A stretch of DNA of 64,000 bases from the human T2T-CHM13v2.0 reference genome, Homo sapiens: the NCBI RefSeq assembly GCF_009914755.1, contig NC_060925.1; one strand, written 5' to 3'. Position numbers and translations under genes: made by a program. Positions within the stretch are counted from its first letter, which is position 1. The number at the start of each line of letters is the position of its first letter. Positions 58,373 through 64,000 of the stretch are shown piece by piece. The notes under the pieces were generated by a model. That model saw nothing but the letters and a program-made list of their open reading frames with translations. It ran no database searches and was not told where the DNA came from.

Positions 58373-58476
58373 CTTTAGACTGCTAACCATTTCCAGTAGT
58401 TTAATAGGAAGAATTTTTGAAAGCTGCCCTAGCTATAAATCTGAAGCAGAAAAGTTTCTCTAGAAAAGAAATAGGT

Positions 58477-58758
58477 GGCCAGGTGCAGTGGCTCACACCT
58501 GTAATCTCAACACTTTGGAAGGACGAGGTGGGAGGATTGCTTGAATCCAGGAGTTCAAGAGCAGCCTGGGCAATATACTGCGACCCTGTCTCTATAGAAA
58601 ATAAAAAATTAGTTGGGCATGCATGACTGTAGTCCTAGCTACTCAGGAGGTTGAGGCTGGAGGATCGCTTAGGCTGAAGTGATCATGCCACTGCACTCTA
58701 GTCTGGACGACAGAATGAGCAAAACCCTGTCTCACAAAACAAAAACAACAAGAAAAAA
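58477..58758 (+). mobile_element. AluJ (Jo-like) with internal deletions
   Basis: ggaggattgcttgaatccaggagttcaag...ggaggatcgctt. Confidence 0.9.
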
Positions 58759-59189
58759 TTGCTGAAATATGTGTTTCTGAATTTCTTTCTCCTAGATGCA
58801 AAAAGCTAATTGGTATTAGCAAATGTGCCCATTGAAAGCAAGCATATTTTAGTAACACAAGTGTACACTGTAGTGATGGTGAGTACAATCCAGCAGCTAA
58901 CAGTCTTTAAGTGTTCTTGCACAATAATTTCACTTTTAAAATTTGACTATCAATGTTTTAATAATAGAATTGTAACTGTAATTAAAATATTTGATAATTT
59001 CAAATTTATTCTTTTCTTCCACAAGTTCTCTTCATGATGGTAATGTTCACTTTCAGTTGACTATTGGTTTTAACAACTGGCTGTTCTCTCCACTGGACCA
59101 AAAGGTATATTTGGTGTAGATGTAAATTATAGTTTCCTTAATAAATCTAAGCCAGAAAGAAATCTCTTTGGTTTTTTCATACATGTATG

Positions 59190-60998
<1,809 letters not shown>

Positions 60999-61281
60999 AA
61001 TTGTTGAATTGTTGAATGAATGAATGCATACATTGATGCATTAATGTGTTCAATTAGGATAACTGAGTGCATGATATATAAATCAGATGCCAAAGTACAG
61101 GGTAAATGCTCAATAAATGCTACTGTATAATAGTTGCCAGTTTCTCAATATGTAAAGTAAGTAGTTAAAGCTCTAACATTTACAAATTGAAGGGGTCCCA
61201 CATGCAATTCTTCAGATATGCATCCTTTGGTGGACTATGTAAACATTAGTAGTGGTATTTTATACATAATTGCTGTAATTC

Positions 61282-64000
61282 TTTTATTTCTTTTTTGTTT
61301 GTACATATTTATGGGGTACATATGTAATTTTGTTATATGCATGGATTGTGTAGTCTAATCAGAGTTTTTAGGGTATCCATCACCCAAATAACATACATTG
61401 TACCATTAACCAATTTCTCATTATCCTGATCTCCATACCCTATCTTTCTGTGTCTCCATTATCTATAATTCCACCTCTACCTCCATGTGAACACATTTTT
61501 TATCACCTATGTATGAGTGAGAATATGTGATATTTGTCTTTCTGTGCCTGGCTTGTTTCATTTAACATAAAATCTCCAGTTCCATCCATCTTACTGCAAA
61601 ATACATGATTTAATTCTTTTTTATGACTGAATAGTATTCTATTGTGTATATATACCAAATTTTCTTTAACCATTCATCCATTGATGGACACTTAGCTTGA
61701 TTCCATGTGATGGTTAATGTTAAGTGTCAACTTGATTGAATGAAAGGATCCAAAGTATTGTTTCTGGGTATGTCTGTGAGGGTGTTGCTAGAGGAGATTA
61801 ACATTTGAGTCACTGGGCTGGGAGAGGCAGACCCACTCTTACTCTGGGTGGGCACCATCCTCTTGGCTGCCAGCATGGCTGGAAAAAGCAGGCAGAAGAA
61901 GGTAGACTTGCTGAGTCTTCTTGCCTTCATCTTTCTCCCATGCTGGATGCTTCCTGCCCTCTAACATCAGACTCCAAGCTCTTTAGCTTTTGGACTCATG
62001 GACTTACACTAGTCGTTTGCCAGGGGCTTTCAGGCCTTTGGCCACAGACCGAAGGCTGCAATATCGGCTTCCCTACTTTTGAGCTTTGGGACTCAGACTA
62101 ATCCACTCCTGGTTTCCTTGCTCCGCAACTTACAGACGGCCTATCATGTGACTTTACCTTGTGATCGTGTGAATCAGTTCTCCTTATAAACTCCCTTTCA
62201 TGTATACATATATCCTATTAGTTCTGACTCTCTAGAGAACCCTAATATATTCCATATTTTTCTATTGTGTATAATGCTGAAGTAAATAAACAAGTGCAAG
62301 TATCTTTTTATATATTGATTTATTTCCCTTTGGGTAGATACCCAGTAGTGGGATTACTGAATCAAATGGTATTTCTATTTTTAACTCTATGAAGAATCTC
62401 CATACTGTTTTCCATAGAAGTTGTACTAATTTGTATTTCCACCAAATGTGTTTAAGAGTCCCCTTTTCTCTGCATCCTTGCCAACATTTATCTTTTTCAA
62501 TCTTTTTTAACAACATCCATGCTGATTAGGATAAGATGATATCTCATTATGGTTTTGATTTGCAGTTCTCTAATGATTAGTAATTTGAGCATTTCTTCAT
62601 ATACCTGTTAGCCATTTGTATGTCTTCTTTTGAAAAATGTCTATTCAAGACATTTGCCCACATTTTAATGGAGGTTTTATAAATTTTGGATTTTTGTTGT
62701 TGTTGTTATTTGAGTTCCTTGTATATCCTGGATATTAGTACCCTGTCAAATGAATATTTTGCAATTTTTTTTCCTAACAGGTTGTGTCTTCACTCTATTT
62801 ATTTTGCTGTGTAGCAGCTTTTTTGTTTAAGTCCCATTTGTCTACTTCTCTTTTTGTTGCCTGTGCTTTTGACATCTTAATAATAATTTTTTTGCATACA
62901 CCAATGTCCAGAAGAATTTTCATTATGTTTTCTTCTACTATTTTTATAGTTTGGGGTCTTACATTTAAGTCTTTAATCCATCTTGAGTTGATTTTTTGTA
63001 TGGTGAGAGAGTTCGTTTCATTCTTCTGCATGTGACTATCCAATTTTCCCAGTACAATTTATTGAAGACAGTCTTCTTTTCCCAGTGTATGTTCTTGTTG
63101 GCTTTGTCAAAGATCAGTTGGCTGTAAATATTTCTGAGTTCCTTATTCTGTTCCATTAAGCTATGTGTCTGTTTTACACCAGTGCCATGCTGTTTTGGTT
63201 ACTATAGCCTTATAATATAAAATCAGATAATGTGATGCTTTTCACTTTTTTTTTCTTTTTGCTCAGGATTGCTATGGCTATATGAGCTCTTTTTTGGTTC
63301 CATATGAATTTTAGGATTTTGTTCTAATTCTGTGAAAAATGACATTGGCATTGTGATAGGGATTGCATTGACTCTAGATTAGTTTGGTCAGTATGGTCAT
63401 TTTAATGATATTTATTCTTTTGATCTATGAACATGAGATGTTTTCCCGTTCATTGGTGTCATTTTCAATTTCTTTCAGCAGTGTTTTATAGTTTTCCTCA
63501 TAGAGATAGGTCACCCCTCTGGTTAAATTTATTCCTAGGTATTTTATTTTCTTTGTTCCTCTTGTAAATGAGATTGCCTTCTTGATTTCTTTCTCAGCTA
63601 GATCATTATTGGTACATAGAAACATTACAGATTTTTTACATTCATTTTGTAACCTGCATCTTTACTGAATTCATTTATGAAAGCTAAGAGTTTTTCGGTG
63701 AAGTCTTTAGGTTTTTATAGCTATAAGATTATGTCATTAGTAAACAGAGATACTTTGGCTTCCTCTTTTCTAATTTAGATGCCTTTTATTTCTTTCTCTT
63801 GACTGAGCTCTAGCTAGGACCTCCAGTACTATGTTGAATAGGAGGAATAAAAGAGGGCATCTTTTTCTTGTTCCAATTCTTAAAGGAAATAAATACTTTC
63901 CATTTTCCCCACTCAACACCCATTTTCCCACACCCAACAACTATAATGTTGGCTGTAGGTTTGTCAAATATGGTCTTTATTGTTTTGAGGTTATGTTCCT
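61282..64000 (-). mobile_element. L1PB4/L1MA1-like 3' portion, interrupted by MLT2A and running off the window
   Basis: tttatggggtacatatg...ttttagggtatccatcacccaaat; ORF2 remnants such as [14 protein letters not shown] on the minus strand. Confidence 0.9.
61706..62249 (+). mobile_element. MLT2A (MLT2A2-like) HERV-L solo LTR
   Basis: tgtgatggttaatgttaagtgtcaacttgattg...ctagagaaccctaatata; 5-bp TSD ttcca at 61701-61705 and 62250-62254. Confidence 0.92.

Overview
This is AT-rich, repeat-dense primate genomic DNA, probably human or great ape: it contains Alu J/S, L1PA2/L1PA3, HSMAR2, MER52A and MLT2A elements. It looks intronic or intergenic. I see no host protein-coding gene, RNA gene or prokaryotic system, and I cannot name the locus. 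The only recognisable coding sequences are dead transposon ORFs. Main landmarks: a full-length inactivated L1PA3 (47434-53608, minus strand, 15-bp TSD) that keeps the ~129-bp ZNF93 segment and an open 125-codon ORF0; a 5'-truncated L1PA2-like copy (59400-60998, plus strand); a full-length HSMAR2 mariner with a locally copied internal fragment; several solo LTRs; and many MIR, L2, L3, Tigger and hAT relics. The best finding is the L1 pair. The two L1s form a ~1.6-kb, ~97%-identical inverted repeat around a ~10.4-kb spacer. They share several non-consensus ORF2 variants, including the same TAC>TAG nonsense change and a 328-bp run of perfect identity, although their 3' UTRs look like different subfamilies. 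This points to gene conversion or recurrent inversion between them. Subfamily calls come from my recollection of consensus sequences and need RepeatMasker/Dfam confirmation. I found no evidence of a wholly new biological system.
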